Notes: generated from the sequence alone by a model not told the origin. 64,000 bases of DNA from Kiritimatiellia bacterium (GCA_017403825.1 JAFRDO010000065.1:6438-70437); one strand, 5' to 3'. Positions 34,001 through 43,905 are shown, counted from the stretch's first letter. Numbers and translations: made by a program.

Positions 34001-34945
34001 CGTCCCCGCAGGGCCGTCGTTGCCGCGAGACTTTTCGCCGTGCGACTCGTTGAGCATCTCCGACGTGCGGATCTCAAGCGCCGTCCCTGACTCGCCAGTC
34101 ACATCGAACGACGGCACGGCGGAGCAGTTCTGCCCGAAGTCGACGACCAGCATTTCGCCCGGGTCCAGGCGGACGTCTTCCCCGTCCTTGCAGCGCCGGA
34201 CGACCCTGGCGACGCCAAACGCATCCGCCGACGCTCCGTCCGCGCCGCACACGACCCACATCTCGCGCGGCTTTAGCACAAGGTCTTCGCGCAGCGTCAC
34301 TTTCGCCACCGCCGGCCGCAGCTCGCCGGTGAATTCCGTGTTGCGGCGGACGGGCTTGAGCCCCTCCACCTTCCGCCGCGCGTCATACACCTCGCCCTCG
34401 TATATTCCTGCCGAGACGACTGGCCCCGTGTAAGCGGCGAGCCAGCTCTTGTCCGTGCCGACCGCCTGCGCCGAGCCATTGTCGAACTCAAGGCGCAGCT
34501 CGCCGTAGAACGCAATCTCCTTTCCGAGCTGCCACTCCTGTTTGAAGTCTTTCTGCCATTTGGGCTTTTCGGCAGGCGGACGCATCATCTGGTCGCACCA
34601 CCAGCCCGGGGTGACCGTGGCCGAGAGGACGTTCGTCGCCCCGGCGCGGCAGTCGAGCATGCCCGTCACGTCATAGCAATAGACGTGGCGGCAAATGCCG
34701 CACTCCGTGATGCCGGGCTTCAGGAAGTCGTCGCCCACGCGCCGTCCGTTGGCAAACGCCTCGAACACGCCTTGCGCCGTGACGCCCCACGTCGCGCGGC
34801 GGACGGCCCTGTCATTCACGAAACTTTTCTCGAACACGGCAGCCGCGCCGTCGGCAGGCGACTTCTCCTGCGGTGAAACAAACGCTGCGGCTCCCGCAAC
34901 GGATGCGGCAAGCGCAGCGACGCAAAGACATGTCATATTTTTCAT
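31034..34945 (-). CDS. Secreted GH78 alpha-L-rhamnosidase with an additional C-terminal (alpha/alpha)6-like domain (~1300 aa)
   Basis: Signal peptide MKNMTCLCVAALAASVAGAAA. N-domain 'VFEAFANGRRVGDDFLKPGITE...VTPGWW'. GH78 hallmark 'SSPTDCPQRDERLGWTADTQVF'. Confidence 0.8.
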   Translation of the reverse strand: MKNMTCLCVAALAASVAGAAAFVSPQEKSPADGAAAVFEKSFVNDRAVRRATWGVTAQGVFEAFANGRRVGDDFLKPGITECGICRHVYCYDVTGMLDCRAGATNVLSATVTPGWWCDQMMRPPAEKPKWQKDFKQEWQLGKEIAFYGELRLEFDNGSAQAVGTDKSWLAAYTGPVVSAGIYEGEVYDARRKVEGLKPVRRNTEFTGELRPAVAKVTLREDLVLKPREMWVVCGADGASADAFGVARVVRRCKDGEDVRLDPGEMLVVDFGQNCSAVPSFDVTGESGTALEIRTSEMLNESHGEKSRGNDGPAGTPYLASLREAYAGIRYMLKDGPQSYMPRYTYFGYRYLGVTATGPVVFARWRSTPVSSVTKGMERGSIVTGNDRVNRLVGNIRWGMLSNYLSSPTDCPQRDERLGWTADTQVFMNSAAYLADTREFLGKFLADLRDAQRANGCYMCFVPNVRHTTDPWASAGWTDAGVIVPYRLWKWYGERRFVDESWDSMVRYMDFLESDAEPYRINHGDWLAFEHHEKPAGDLTDDAMDDRQVKALNAYFRVWMAMLMREMAAATGRAEAARHYAEEEAKLRKAFAAEYVGPDGTIKDEYKGQCNDLYMLKLGLCGNAAAVEATKRDLIANIKAHGNRLQTGFLGTAILLPTLTFEADAPDLAYSLLLQDAFPSWLYSVDQGATTVWERWNGYTKEKGFGPVGMNSFNHYAYGCVLEWLFSAAAGIRPDPEHGGWRRFRLRPYPDRRLGSCSATYRSGFGVIRSAWRYDDAGRLVWQFSVPPGSVALVSGLDGTSREYAAGDYELSGAPDRWQELNAAAREQAKTPVRAGVPGVRPFWNGHSKAFMHPPAFDFKEIGGVKEYRYRIGRNREQSAEVEWLKDWTAVKPWIPVPADIWDSLAPGYYTLKVEGSGERSFYRAAVFRGPYPSGACDYRDAARKVYAAVFNMLQVQGWRTSDDPPKGYDLYCYPAKILSSMIRALCRHAKAEPKDSADALAIARKMADWLIAHSQPAGTPLAHFPPTYWGDRRDVAVKYAGQHMLHYPAHAAHAYLDLAEATRDGKYRDAALDIVRSYMRLQGEDGTWPLKVSEKDGSPVRANRLVPSRYVLGAFDRAFAATGDAAFAAARDRAFGYVLKGPATNWNWDGQFEDMDPMPPYRNMQKGVAVDTALSLFSLGRNAEACEIVDWCEDQFVVWSDPIHNMDWKNWKTPTALEQYDYYTPIDASMGDMIGAFAAAYKATGNGLFIEKAKALADNVTRHQRADGTIPTYFDSRNGSDWVNCMVYVADRLEFLASVESCQ

Positions 34946-34961
34946 AATTGACAAAAGACTA

Positions 34962-37844
34962 TCACCGAACGGAGTATGTCATTCCGTAAACATGGGGAGC
35001 GAGGTAGCCGTCGGAATCAAGAATCACGCGGCGGCCGTCCCAGCGAATGCGATTGACCTGCTGCGGCGTGAGCCCGTTCCCGTCCGTGCCGAAACGGAGC
35101 GTGCGCGCCGCCGAAGGCCCCGTGATGGTCAGGCGACGGCTGCCCCAGTCCTGCGCGGAAGAATCGCCGAACGAAAGTTCCGAGCCCTCAGCCACGGCAA
35201 TCGTGCTGTTGGAGATAACGGAAAGCGTTCCCGCCACATTCGTGCTTGCGCCCGCATCGAACGTACCGCCCGCGAGCGTCAAGTTGATGCCCGCGTTGAA
35301 CGCGCCGTTCGTGCCGAGCAGGATCGCGCCCTCGACGATGGAGACGCTGCCGGCATAGCTGTTCGCCGCGCCGAGACGCACAGTACCAGCGCCCGTCTTC
35401 TCGATTGGCCGCCCGGCGAACGCTCCGCCGCTTCCGACATAGTTCGCAATCGCGCCGTTCAGGTAGAGATCGGTGCCTTCGGCAACGTCCGCGACATTAA
35501 GCTTCCACAGGTTGTCGTAACCGACCAAAGCAGATGAGTAGTTACCGCGCAGAATAGAGAACGGAAGATTTACGACCGCAGCGGCCGTTCCCGCCACCGT
35601 GATGCCAGAAACGGCCATGTCGCCCTCATAGCCGGAACGGAATTCATCGCCATTCACGGTCGCGCCGTCCGTCAGCGTAAGGCGCGTCAAATAGCCATAG
35701 TCCTGCCCATTGTCGCCGTTACCACCCGCCATGAACACCTCCGAACCTCCCGACACGTTGACGGTCGTCTGCGCACCATTCGAGCGGAAGCGTCCGAAGC
35801 ACAGGTAGCTGTCCTCCGTGACGTTGACCGTAGATTTGCCCAACACACCGACTGACGACTCGGGGCGGTTAACATCGATGAAGAGCTTGGCGCGGCTCTT
35901 CAGTGTCGTCTTGCACGACACATCACGTGGCAATGCACCGACCGCCGTAAGCCCCAGCAAGGCACCATCGACCACCGTGCCACCATAGTATGTATTCGCA
36001 GCACCAAAAGTGACCGCCGTGTCTGTTTCGTTCGTGACTGTGACAGTAAATTCGCTGCATGTATAGCCATTCGGCAAAGTTCCGTTCTCAAAATCGCACC
36101 CCCAATAGGCAAAACCCGTTCGATAGGAGCTACCCACGCGTCTGCATGTGATGTCTGCACCATTCTGTGCAAACTCGTACACGGCGCATTTCACATAGTT
36201 GTTTCTCTTATCATCTTTTATCTGGAACTGACAACGGACAGACTGCCCGTTGTTGCGGAAAAAGAAGGTGCCCGGCGGTTCATCGATATCTCTGCTCATG
36301 CTGCCACTTCCCTTGAATGTAGCCGTTGCAGCAACCCAGCCGGATATGTCGGCATTCTGAAAAAGGACACCGCCTGATTCTGGCAATTTTGCCGAATATG
36401 TGAGTGTGCGCCCCGAAGGATCGACCGTACCCTTAATGACAACGCTGCCAGCCGATGAAGCTCCAGACGAATCAGAGATGTCGCCGTTCAGAACCTGCCG
36501 CGTATGGGCAATTTCAAGGGTGCTGCGATAAATAACGATGGGGCTGCTGAATGTTCCGCCGCCAAGCGTTCCGCCCGTGACGGCGAGAGTGGACATGTTG
36601 TCGGCGCGCACCATTCCGGTGAAGGTGTTGTAGGCGGCCAGCTCCACGCGCGGGCAGAGATGCAAATCGCACATGCCGTAGACCGCAGTGTTGCCGTCGA
36701 ACAGACGCATGTTCGTCGCCTTCGGGTGTGTGCGGAAATCCACGCCGCGGCAATCGACATACTGGTCGTTGATGTAGGCCGCACCCGTCACCCTGCCGCA
36801 GATGTCCGGTCCGACCTGCGTCAGCTCCAGGAAAATGCACTTGGTGTAGCCGCCGCCGTACCACTGCATCTGCGCTGTGAGCGTAGAGCCGTTGTTTTCA
36901 AGGAAATACGATTGCTGCGGGGTGGAATCCCAGCCGACGGAATTGCCGCTCGCCGTGGAGATCAGGTTGCTGATGCCAGCCAAGGTGGCGTTTTGGAACA
37001 GCACCTGCGAGGCAGCCGGAAGCACGGTATGCGCAGCCAAACCATATTGATAAATGCAATTGGCGACGCGGAAGCCGTTTGCGCCGGCAAGCGGACATTC
37101 GAATCTGGCCAGACCGGAATACATGATGACTTCGGATGCCCCAACCATCGTGATCGTTCCACCCGTGAACGTGACAGGCCAGCCCTTCATCGTGAAGTGG
37201 CTCGCCGTGATGCCGGAAGCCTCAACATTGACGGTCGTCGCGACAGCGTTCGTGAACACCGCCCGAGCACCGGGAACCCAAGCCGTCGCCTCGCCGCTCT
37301 CCGTAAGCCAGTTCGCCGTTGTGCCGTCCCATGCATCGCCTCTCGCGCCGTTCCAGTAGAGCTTCGTGCGCAGGAAGGAGTCGTCCTCGTCGCTCAACGT
37401 CACGTCGCGGATCTTGTAGCTGCCGTTTGACCAGCCAGAAGACATGTCTGAACCTTCATGGTTGTGGTACTGGTCGTTGAAGTACCTTGCGAAGGCTTTG
37501 CCCTTGATGTCATCGCCGTCCTGCGTGAGCTGAAGCACCACGCCCTTGGTGTAGTCGCCCAGATACACCTGAAACTGCACCGTCAGAGTCGAACCGTCGT
37601 TGGAATAGTGGTACGCCGTGGCGGGTGCGCTCTTGCCGGCTGTTCCCATTGAATCCCCGGTGACCCACGCTGAAACGGACTTTACGTCGGCAAGACTCAC
37701 GCCCGTGAACATCACGGTGTCCGTCGCCGGAACGGTACCGGAGTAGGTTCCGAGCGTTGCCGCCGGAGCAACTGGCGAACATGTCGCGGCGATGCCGGCA
37801 ATCGCAGCCGCCAGAATGGTTCCATGTGGCTTTTTCATTTCCAT
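34962..37844 (-). CDS. Large secreted protein built from autotransporter-associated beta-strand (PATR) repeats; the C-terminus ends ...DSDGYLAPHVYGMTYSVR
   Basis: Signal peptide MEMKKPHGTILAAAIAGIAATCSP. PATR-type repeats, for example 'GAGTVRLGAANSYAGSVSIVEGAILLGTNGAFNAGINLTLAGGTF'. Confidence 0.7.
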   Translation of the reverse strand: MEMKKPHGTILAAAIAGIAATCSPVAPAATLGTYSGTVPATDTVMFTGVSLADVKSVSAWVTGDSMGTAGKSAPATAYHYSNDGSTLTVQFQVYLGDYTKGVVLQLTQDGDDIKGKAFARYFNDQYHNHEGSDMSSGWSNGSYKIRDVTLSDEDDSFLRTKLYWNGARGDAWDGTTANWLTESGEATAWVPGARAVFTNAVATTVNVEASGITASHFTMKGWPVTFTGGTITMVGASEVIMYSGLARFECPLAGANGFRVANCIYQYGLAAHTVLPAASQVLFQNATLAGISNLISTASGNSVGWDSTPQQSYFLENNGSTLTAQMQWYGGGYTKCIFLELTQVGPDICGRVTGAAYINDQYVDCRGVDFRTHPKATNMRLFDGNTAVYGMCDLHLCPRVELAAYNTFTGMVRADNMSTLAVTGGTLGGGTFSSPIVIYRSTLEIAHTRQVLNGDISDSSGASSAGSVVIKGTVDPSGRTLTYSAKLPESGGVLFQNADISGWVAATATFKGSGSMSRDIDEPPGTFFFRNNGQSVRCQFQIKDDKRNNYVKCAVYEFAQNGADITCRRVGSSYRTGFAYWGCDFENGTLPNGYTCSEFTVTVTNETDTAVTFGAANTYYGGTVVDGALLGLTAVGALPRDVSCKTTLKSRAKLFIDVNRPESSVGVLGKSTVNVTEDSYLCFGRFRSNGAQTTVNVSGGSEVFMAGGNGDNGQDYGYLTRLTLTDGATVNGDEFRSGYEGDMAVSGITVAGTAAAVVNLPFSILRGNYSSALVGYDNLWKLNVADVAEGTDLYLNGAIANYVGSGGAFAGRPIEKTGAGTVRLGAANSYAGSVSIVEGAILLGTNGAFNAGINLTLAGGTFDAGASTNVAGTLSVISNSTIAVAEGSELSFGDSSAQDWGSRRLTITGPSAARTLRFGTDGNGLTPQQVNRIRWDGRRVILDSDGYLAPHVYGMTYSVR

Positions 37845-37984
37845 TGCTCCTTTTCACTTTTCAGACACGTCACTTGCCCGCTCCATCAAAACGCCTTGAA
37901 TTATACCATAAAATCCGTATTCCCGCGCAGGACAATCCGGCTTCCGGCCCGCTTGCAGGACCTTGAAAGACATCCTTATGAATC

Positions 37985-38095
37985 AATTGCAAAACCTCCC
38001 CGTGTGTATTTTTCAACCACGGAAATCACGGAATAACACGGAAAACAAGCAATTTCGATTCCGTGTATTCTGTGTATTCCGTGGTTTTGCAATTG
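37985..38095. repeat. ~110 bp complex palindromic element between two genes on the same strand
   Basis: The outer 13-bp perfect arms are CAATTGCAAAACC and GGTTTTGCAATTG. The inner left arm has 3x CACGGAA at a 10-bp period. The inner right arm has TTCCGTG / TTCTGTG / TTCCGTG at a 10-bp period. Confidence 0.7.
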
Positions 38096-38109
38096 CCTCT
38101 TAATATAAG

Positions 38110-40494
38110 TTACTTCCTTGCCCACCCCTTAGGCAACTTCACATCAACCTTCAAGCCATCGCCGGTCCTGCGCCACTTCACAACCGCAACTTCGTCTCGT
38201 GACAACGGCAGCGTCCCCTCGCACCACTCAAGCGGAATGTCCGCCGCCGGACTGACGCGGACGACCTTCGCCTGCCTGTCGATCTCGCGCACCCCGAGAA
38301 CGTCTCGGAAAAGATATTCGCTTGCGATCGAGGCGAAGCCATGGCAGCAGCTGCAATTCCCCTTCGTGTCAAGATGTTCCCACAAAGTCCCCGTTTGATC
38401 TGCCATCGTCAGGAACCAGTCCCGCGTTTCGTCGAGAATCTGCCTCGAGCGCCCTGCGCGCGCCAGAAGCTCAAGCCTCTCGCAGGTGCCGAAGATGAAA
38501 TTCGCAGGCCATATGCGCTTGTGGAGTCCTTTAGCAACGCGGTCCGGACCGAACTCGTCAAGCATGCGTTTCCACAGCGCCGAATGGCTCTCCGGCGTCA
38601 CCGTGTTGAAGAAGAATGCGCAATATTGGCATGTTTCGGTGCACTCGCCGGACAGCTTCAGCGTTCCGTCCGGCTGCCTGACCGCGTTGTCGCAGAACCA
38701 TTCGCCGTTCCAGCTCTGGCGAACCACTTCCGCCCGAACCGCCCGCGCCTCAGCCGCCAGCTCCGGCATCTGATACAGCTTCGCGCAGGCCTCCAGCATC
38801 CGCGCATACATCATGTTTGACGGATAGTTCACGTCCTGGACGAGTTCGTTGGCCTTCGACCATTCCACGAACACCCAACCGGGGAGCTTCTCAAGAAGAC
38901 CGTCGGCGTTCTTGAACTTCCCGAGGAAACGCACAATGCCGAGAACCGCAGGCCGGCACTTTTCCGCAAATTTCCGGTCGCCATAGCGGGCGACGTGCTC
39001 TTCCAGCTGCATGACCGTCCACATCATGTAGTTGGGAATGAAGTTGTCCCAGAATATCCCGCCGGGATAAAGGGCCGGAATCGCGCCATCCATGCTGACG
39101 CCCTTCGAATCGTAGTGGGACCAGTCGAATCCGTCCGCCAGCAGGAAGTTCGAGAGGAACGTCTTCTCCACGGAGCCGTCTCCGGTCAGCCATGAGGACG
39201 CACGCCCCGTAAAGAACGTGTCGCCGGACCAATAAGCGCGTTCCCGCGTCGGGCAATCGGTGAACCCGTCTACCGCGTTCGCCCTGTACGATTCCCTCGC
39301 CGCCCGGAAGATGCGCTCAAGAGCCGGATCGGAAGCACGGAACGACGCGCGGTCAGCAAGCGGCGACACGTAAGTTCTCACCCACAGCGAATCGACGGCG
39401 GCCTTGCCTTCAAGCACGGCAACGTCTATGTACTTGGCCGCATATGGCTCAAACGTCTCAAGCTCATATTCTCCCGCCGATGCGATGCGCCACTCCGCGA
39501 CCGCCGCGCAGTCAAGGCGGGAGAAATAATTCAGAATGCCGTCCTTCCCAAGTATCTCGTCCCACGAAATGACGATGCGGCACGGTCCGTCCGTCCGCAC
39601 CTTCAGTCCGATAAACCCGGAGACGTTGCGGTCGCCCTCGAACGTGGCGGACTCGCCTGATGCAAGCGTTCCTGCATCGCCGCCGATGCATGACCTTGCG
39701 AAGCCCTGCAACTCGTAGTAGGGGTTCGTCTCCAGCTCGTCGAGCGGGAACCGGGTGTGCATCGGATCGTCGCTGGGATCGATGAAACCCAAGCGATAAA
39801 TCTTGCGTGACGGGTCTTTCGCGAGACGTTCCTTTCGGATCGGGCGAAACGACCTGTTCACGGCGAAATCAGGGTAGGGGAGCGGCCTCGGCTCGTATCT
39901 CTTCGTCGGCTGCACCGCCAGCCTGGGCGGCGATCCGGCCGCAGCGCCGACACGCCATGCATCGATGAACGTGCGTTGGCCAGAGAAGCGCGGCGCCTTG
40001 CATATGCGCCCTGCATCAAAAGCCTCGAAGCCGCCGCATGCTCCTGTCGCGGCGGCGACTTTTCCGCCGACCAGCAACTCCGCCTGCATAAACGAAGGCT
40101 GATTGATGAAATAGTAGCAGTTGCAGCAGTACCCTGCGGCCTCGACTTCAAGCACGTTGTCTCCCGCCTTGGCGTCAAGTTTCCACTCGTCAATGCGGAA
40201 GACACCCTCTGGTCCCCGGACGGGGCCAAAGCCGACGAAGCGGCCGTTCAGCCGCACGCGATAGTCGTAGGCGGCGGTCACGCGCAGGACCGCGGCGCCT
40301 AAATCGCCGTTGAAACGGCTGCGTATCGCACAGAAGGAGTTTGTCGCCCGCTCCTCGCCCGCTATCCACACCGGCTTTGCTTCGGCAAAAGATCCGACGG
40401 CTGAACCCGGCTCGGCGACACATGCAGCCGACATGCAGACAAGCCCCGCCGAGACGAACGCCGCACTTGCGGCCAAAAAATCTTTCCGCGTCAT
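38110..40494 (-). CDS. Tat/Sec-secreted GH78-family glycoside hydrolase (alpha-L-rhamnosidase-like)
   Basis: The ATG at 40494 gives MTRKDFLAASAAFVSAGLVCMSAACVA (the track start at 40500 is TTG). It has the rhamnosidase N-domain and 'FTDCPTRERAYWSGDTFFTG', matching the GH78 'DCPtRERlgWtGD' motif. Confidence 0.7.
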   Translation of the reverse strand: MTRKDFLAASAAFVSAGLVCMSAACVAEPGSAVGSFAEAKPVWIAGEERATNSFCAIRSRFNGDLGAAVLRVTAAYDYRVRLNGRFVGFGPVRGPEGVFRIDEWKLDAKAGDNVLEVEAAGYCCNCYYFINQPSFMQAELLVGGKVAAATGACGGFEAFDAGRICKAPRFSGQRTFIDAWRVGAAAGSPPRLAVQPTKRYEPRPLPYPDFAVNRSFRPIRKERLAKDPSRKIYRLGFIDPSDDPMHTRFPLDELETNPYYELQGFARSCIGGDAGTLASGESATFEGDRNVSGFIGLKVRTDGPCRIVISWDEILGKDGILNYFSRLDCAAVAEWRIASAGEYELETFEPYAAKYIDVAVLEGKAAVDSLWVRTYVSPLADRASFRASDPALERIFRAARESYRANAVDGFTDCPTRERAYWSGDTFFTGRASSWLTGDGSVEKTFLSNFLLADGFDWSHYDSKGVSMDGAIPALYPGGIFWDNFIPNYMMWTVMQLEEHVARYGDRKFAEKCRPAVLGIVRFLGKFKNADGLLEKLPGWVFVEWSKANELVQDVNYPSNMMYARMLEACAKLYQMPELAAEARAVRAEVVRQSWNGEWFCDNAVRQPDGTLKLSGECTETCQYCAFFFNTVTPESHSALWKRMLDEFGPDRVAKGLHKRIWPANFIFGTCERLELLARAGRSRQILDETRDWFLTMADQTGTLWEHLDTKGNCSCCHGFASIASEYLFRDVLGVREIDRQAKVVRVSPAADIPLEWCEGTLPLSRDEVAVVKWRRTGDGLKVDVKLPKGWARK

Positions 40495-40522
40495 TTTCAA
40501 ACCTCTCCGCCCTTCTCGGCCG

Positions 40523-41566
40523 TCAAGCGTCCATTGCGGCGGCGAGCTGGTCCATGCCCGCGCAGTTCAGCTTGAACGCCCAGTCGTTCTTGCATTCCAG
40601 CCACGAAGCCATCAAAAAGCCCTTGAGATGCTCCGGCGAAACGTTGGCGCGGCAGAACTTCACCAGTTCGCCGGCACAGTCGGAGTTCTCGGTGCGGCCG
40701 GAAGCCTTCAGCTTCGGCGACACCCAATTCGTAGGCATCGCCACCATGTCGAACCCCGCCTTGTCCAGATTGATGAAGTTCTTGAGGCGCGGCTGATAGC
40801 GCTTTTCCATCTTCTCTATCACGTACCCCTGCACGTCTTCATTGTAGTAGCCGGGGTTCTGAAGGACGCTCTTCGGGCATTTCTCGACATATTCCGGATG
40901 GCTCCAGGCGTAGCCTGTGAACATCCACGGCCTCACGCCGTGGCTCTCGACCGCACCGACGAGCTTGTAGAGCCAATGCCACCACAGCTCATGCTGGCGG
41001 CAGGTCACGTGTGCAAACTTCTTCTGCCACTCGAGGGTCTCTTCGTCCATGCCGATGTGCATGAAGCGCGGCGTCTCGAAGATTTCGCACACGTCCTTGA
41101 TCACATCGAAGCACACGCGGTAGTACGGCTCAGTCGCCACCATGCGGTGGTACTGCTTGAGCCACTGGTCGTGAGATGCGGAGAAGTTGAGTTTCGGGAT
41201 AGGTTCAAGCCCCATCGCCCTCAGCCGCCGCACTTCGTTGCGCATCCGGTCGGGCGGCCAGCTGCCCTTGACCGCCAGCTCGGGGTGGCTCGGATACTCG
41301 ATGAATTCGCCAAGGTCCATCACCACCATGTTGAAGTTGCGCTTCTTTGCGTGGTCGACGGTCTTCTTCCAGATGTCTTCTGAGAAATAGATCTCGTCGC
41401 GCGTGTAGCGCTTGCCTTCGATCCTCGGCTCGTCCGGCGCAGCCCATTCGCCCCACATGTTCATGCCCATGTGCAGCAACACGCCGCGGATATCCTCCGG
41501 CTTCTTCGCAAACGTCGGCGCGGCGGCCAAAGCGCTCATGCCCGCAATGAATTCTTTTCGCGTCAT
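40523..41566 (-). CDS. Tat-signal secreted TIM-barrel hydrolase-like protein (family unresolved; paralog of 53958..55016)
   Basis: MTRKEFIAGMSALAAAPTFA is a Tat-like signal. It is ~60% identical over its full length to the 53958 protein ('LHMGMNMWG.W.AP.EP...RY..DEI.FSEDIW.KTVDHAK...NMVVMDLGEF.EYPSHPELAVKGSW'). Confidence 0.6.
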   Translation of the reverse strand: MTRKEFIAGMSALAAAPTFAKKPEDIRGVLLHMGMNMWGEWAAPDEPRIEGKRYTRDEIYFSEDIWKKTVDHAKKRNFNMVVMDLGEFIEYPSHPELAVKGSWPPDRMRNEVRRLRAMGLEPIPKLNFSASHDQWLKQYHRMVATEPYYRVCFDVIKDVCEIFETPRFMHIGMDEETLEWQKKFAHVTCRQHELWWHWLYKLVGAVESHGVRPWMFTGYAWSHPEYVEKCPKSVLQNPGYYNEDVQGYVIEKMEKRYQPRLKNFINLDKAGFDMVAMPTNWVSPKLKASGRTENSDCAGELVKFCRANVSPEHLKGFLMASWLECKNDWAFKLNCAGMDQLAAAMDA

Positions 41567-41586
41567 CCTACATTCACTACTGAAGC

Positions 41587-43812
41587 CTACCTGATGGACA
41601 TAATGAAGCCGCTCCGGACCAGATAGCCGTCAGGATCCTGAACGGCACGATGTCCGTTGATCCTGACTTTAGACAACTGCGCGCCCGTCAGGAACTTCGT
41701 CGTGCCAACGCGGAACGTCTTCTCGCCGACATCTCCCGTCAGACTCAGACCCTTGGCGTTCGCCGCAAACGCAAGATTGGTGCACGTAAGAGACGAGCCT
41801 GCCGCGAAGTTAATCGTGTTGATCGCGTTCGTGCCGCCGACCGTCAGCATCGCAACGTCCGTATTGACGCCAGCGGCAGAATCGACCGTGCCGTCGCCGT
41901 AGAGCGAAAGCGCCTGTGTCCTGACAATCGCGTTGTTCTTGCAAAGCTCCAACGTGCCCTCATCAACGCAGACCTCAATCGTATTCTCCTTCTGGGAATT
42001 GGCAGGATAGTCATCCTGCGTATAGTCGAGAATCAGTTTCCCCGAACCACACTTGCGCAGACGCCTGCCGACTTGATAATATTCAGCAGACGTAGGAGCC
42101 GTCATGATTCCGCCCGTAAGCCGCAGATTCTGCCGCGTGTCGAACGTAGTGTACTGAGAATTCCCGTTCCAGCTGTAGTTTCCGTCCGACATTATCCTGA
42201 TGCGGCCGGCGACCGTGACCCCATTCGTACCGTCAACCGTCAAGCGCGGTGTCGTCGTCAACGAACCCACGGACCCGAAACGCAAGGAACCGATTGTGAT
42301 GGCATCTTCGGTGACCTGTGCGCCGTTCCTGAGCGTCAGATCGAAGACCTCCTGACTAATCGTTCCTGAACTACTCCCGCTGCAGTCAGACCTAAGCGTT
42401 CCGCCGTCAATGATAGCCCGCAGCCACCTGAGATTGCGGTGTGATCTGGACGACGTGAACTTTGAATTCGGCCCTACATAAAGCGCAGCCCCAGTGTCGC
42501 TATCGCCTCCAGGAGTGTTATGCGCATACGTATTGATTTCAAGCATGCCGCCGTTTATGACACGAATTGGGCAACCTGGCCCGCAGACTTGAGTTCCCTT
42601 GAACGTGTCACCATGACACGTCAGCTTTCCTCCGTCAATGGTAAGGCCACCCGTGAGACTGTTCGTGAACCAATAGTCGAAATAGACCGTGGGAGTCGCA
42701 CCCGTATGCTTGATGAGCAGCGATCCGTTACCCGACAGGGAATCGCCCCAATCTACAGAAACGAGAGGTTTTGTTCCAGGCACATAATCCCAAATGAACT
42801 TATGCTGCTGCCTTCCGCTGTCATTGCCGGTAATCTGCCAGGTGCCGTTGCTTACAATGCAGGCTCCGATCACGGTCGTGGAATTCGTGTGCGCAAAGCC
42901 TCCGCTGAACTCCAGAGTCCCCTTCGGTTCGGCATGTATTTCGCTCCCATACACGCACCAGCCCGATGTGTTGACGCCATCGTAGATTTTGCTCACACCG
43001 CCAGAGAGAAGACCTGCATTCTCAAGTGCAACAAAATCATCGCCCAGCTTAAGCTGTTCTCCGTTCACATCGAACTTCAGGGAACGAATCCTCATCCCCT
43101 TCACTGTCACGTCATCCCCGACCTGCTCGAACTTAAGCGTAACCCAATCGATGTTGCCCAAAATTCCGCTGGGGTACTGGAACTGAATGGTCAGTTCGCC
43201 GTTATTCCATGTCGGGTGATAGGCGTTCGCCCGAAGCGCACTGTTTATCACGCCTCCGCTTCCGACCTTGTGGAAGTAGAGCGACTTGATTTCGAGGTCC
43301 TCAAGACGGCAGTTCCGCCAAAGCGTGTTGGTTCCGCCAGTATAGATATCCCATGTCCCATACCCTCTGCACGTAAGAAATCCCGGATGCGCGCACTCCG
43401 GCTGAACGAAATTGGCGACGAAGCCGTTGGCGAACGTCAGCTTGGACGAGATTGTCGCGCCCTTGTAGGTGTTCACATCGATCGGCATCTTCGCGGCGAA
43501 ATTGAGCGTGCCGCCGGAAATCGTCGGCCTTATCGTGCCGTTGAAGACGAGTCCGCCAAGATTAATTGTTCCCGAGGCCGCGATACTCGCACCGCCATAG
43601 TCGCCGAAGACGGCTGTCGAGCCGTCCACCCACGCGCTCGGATCGCCGTTCTCGTCCTCCCAGTTCTGAGCCGTGGTGTTCCACGCGCCGCCGGAGGCTC
43701 CGACCCATTTAAGTGTGCCTGCCGTCACAGTAAGAACGCCTGCCATGACGCCGAGAAGGAAAACTGAAAGTTTACCTCCGCCCATGCGCACATTATTCGT
43801 AATTGTGTTCAT
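41587..43812 (-). CDS. PATR-repeat large secreted protein; the C-terminus ends ...DPDGYLVRSGFIMSIR
   Basis: ATG at 43812 is preceded by AAGGGAGGAGG. The N-terminal 'WVGASGGAWNTTAQNWEDENGDPSAWVDGSTAVF' is typical of the family. Confidence 0.7.
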   Translation of the reverse strand: MNTITNNVRMGGGKLSVFLLGVMAGVLTVTAGTLKWVGASGGAWNTTAQNWEDENGDPSAWVDGSTAVFGDYGGASIAASGTINLGGLVFNGTIRPTISGGTLNFAAKMPIDVNTYKGATISSKLTFANGFVANFVQPECAHPGFLTCRGYGTWDIYTGGTNTLWRNCRLEDLEIKSLYFHKVGSGGVINSALRANAYHPTWNNGELTIQFQYPSGILGNIDWVTLKFEQVGDDVTVKGMRIRSLKFDVNGEQLKLGDDFVALENAGLLSGGVSKIYDGVNTSGWCVYGSEIHAEPKGTLEFSGGFAHTNSTTVIGACIVSNGTWQITGNDSGRQQHKFIWDYVPGTKPLVSVDWGDSLSGNGSLLIKHTGATPTVYFDYWFTNSLTGGLTIDGGKLTCHGDTFKGTQVCGPGCPIRVINGGMLEINTYAHNTPGGDSDTGAALYVGPNSKFTSSRSHRNLRWLRAIIDGGTLRSDCSGSSSGTISQEVFDLTLRNGAQVTEDAITIGSLRFGSVGSLTTTPRLTVDGTNGVTVAGRIRIMSDGNYSWNGNSQYTTFDTRQNLRLTGGIMTAPTSAEYYQVGRRLRKCGSGKLILDYTQDDYPANSQKENTIEVCVDEGTLELCKNNAIVRTQALSLYGDGTVDSAAGVNTDVAMLTVGGTNAINTINFAAGSSLTCTNLAFAANAKGLSLTGDVGEKTFRVGTTKFLTGAQLSKVRINGHRAVQDPDGYLVRSGFIMSIR

Positions 43813-43905
43813 TGCCGTTTTCCTCCTCCCTTTTTGTGACATAACATCTTCAGTTTGTTACATTATACCATATTTTTCACACATGATGCACAAACCGCGG
43901 AAACG

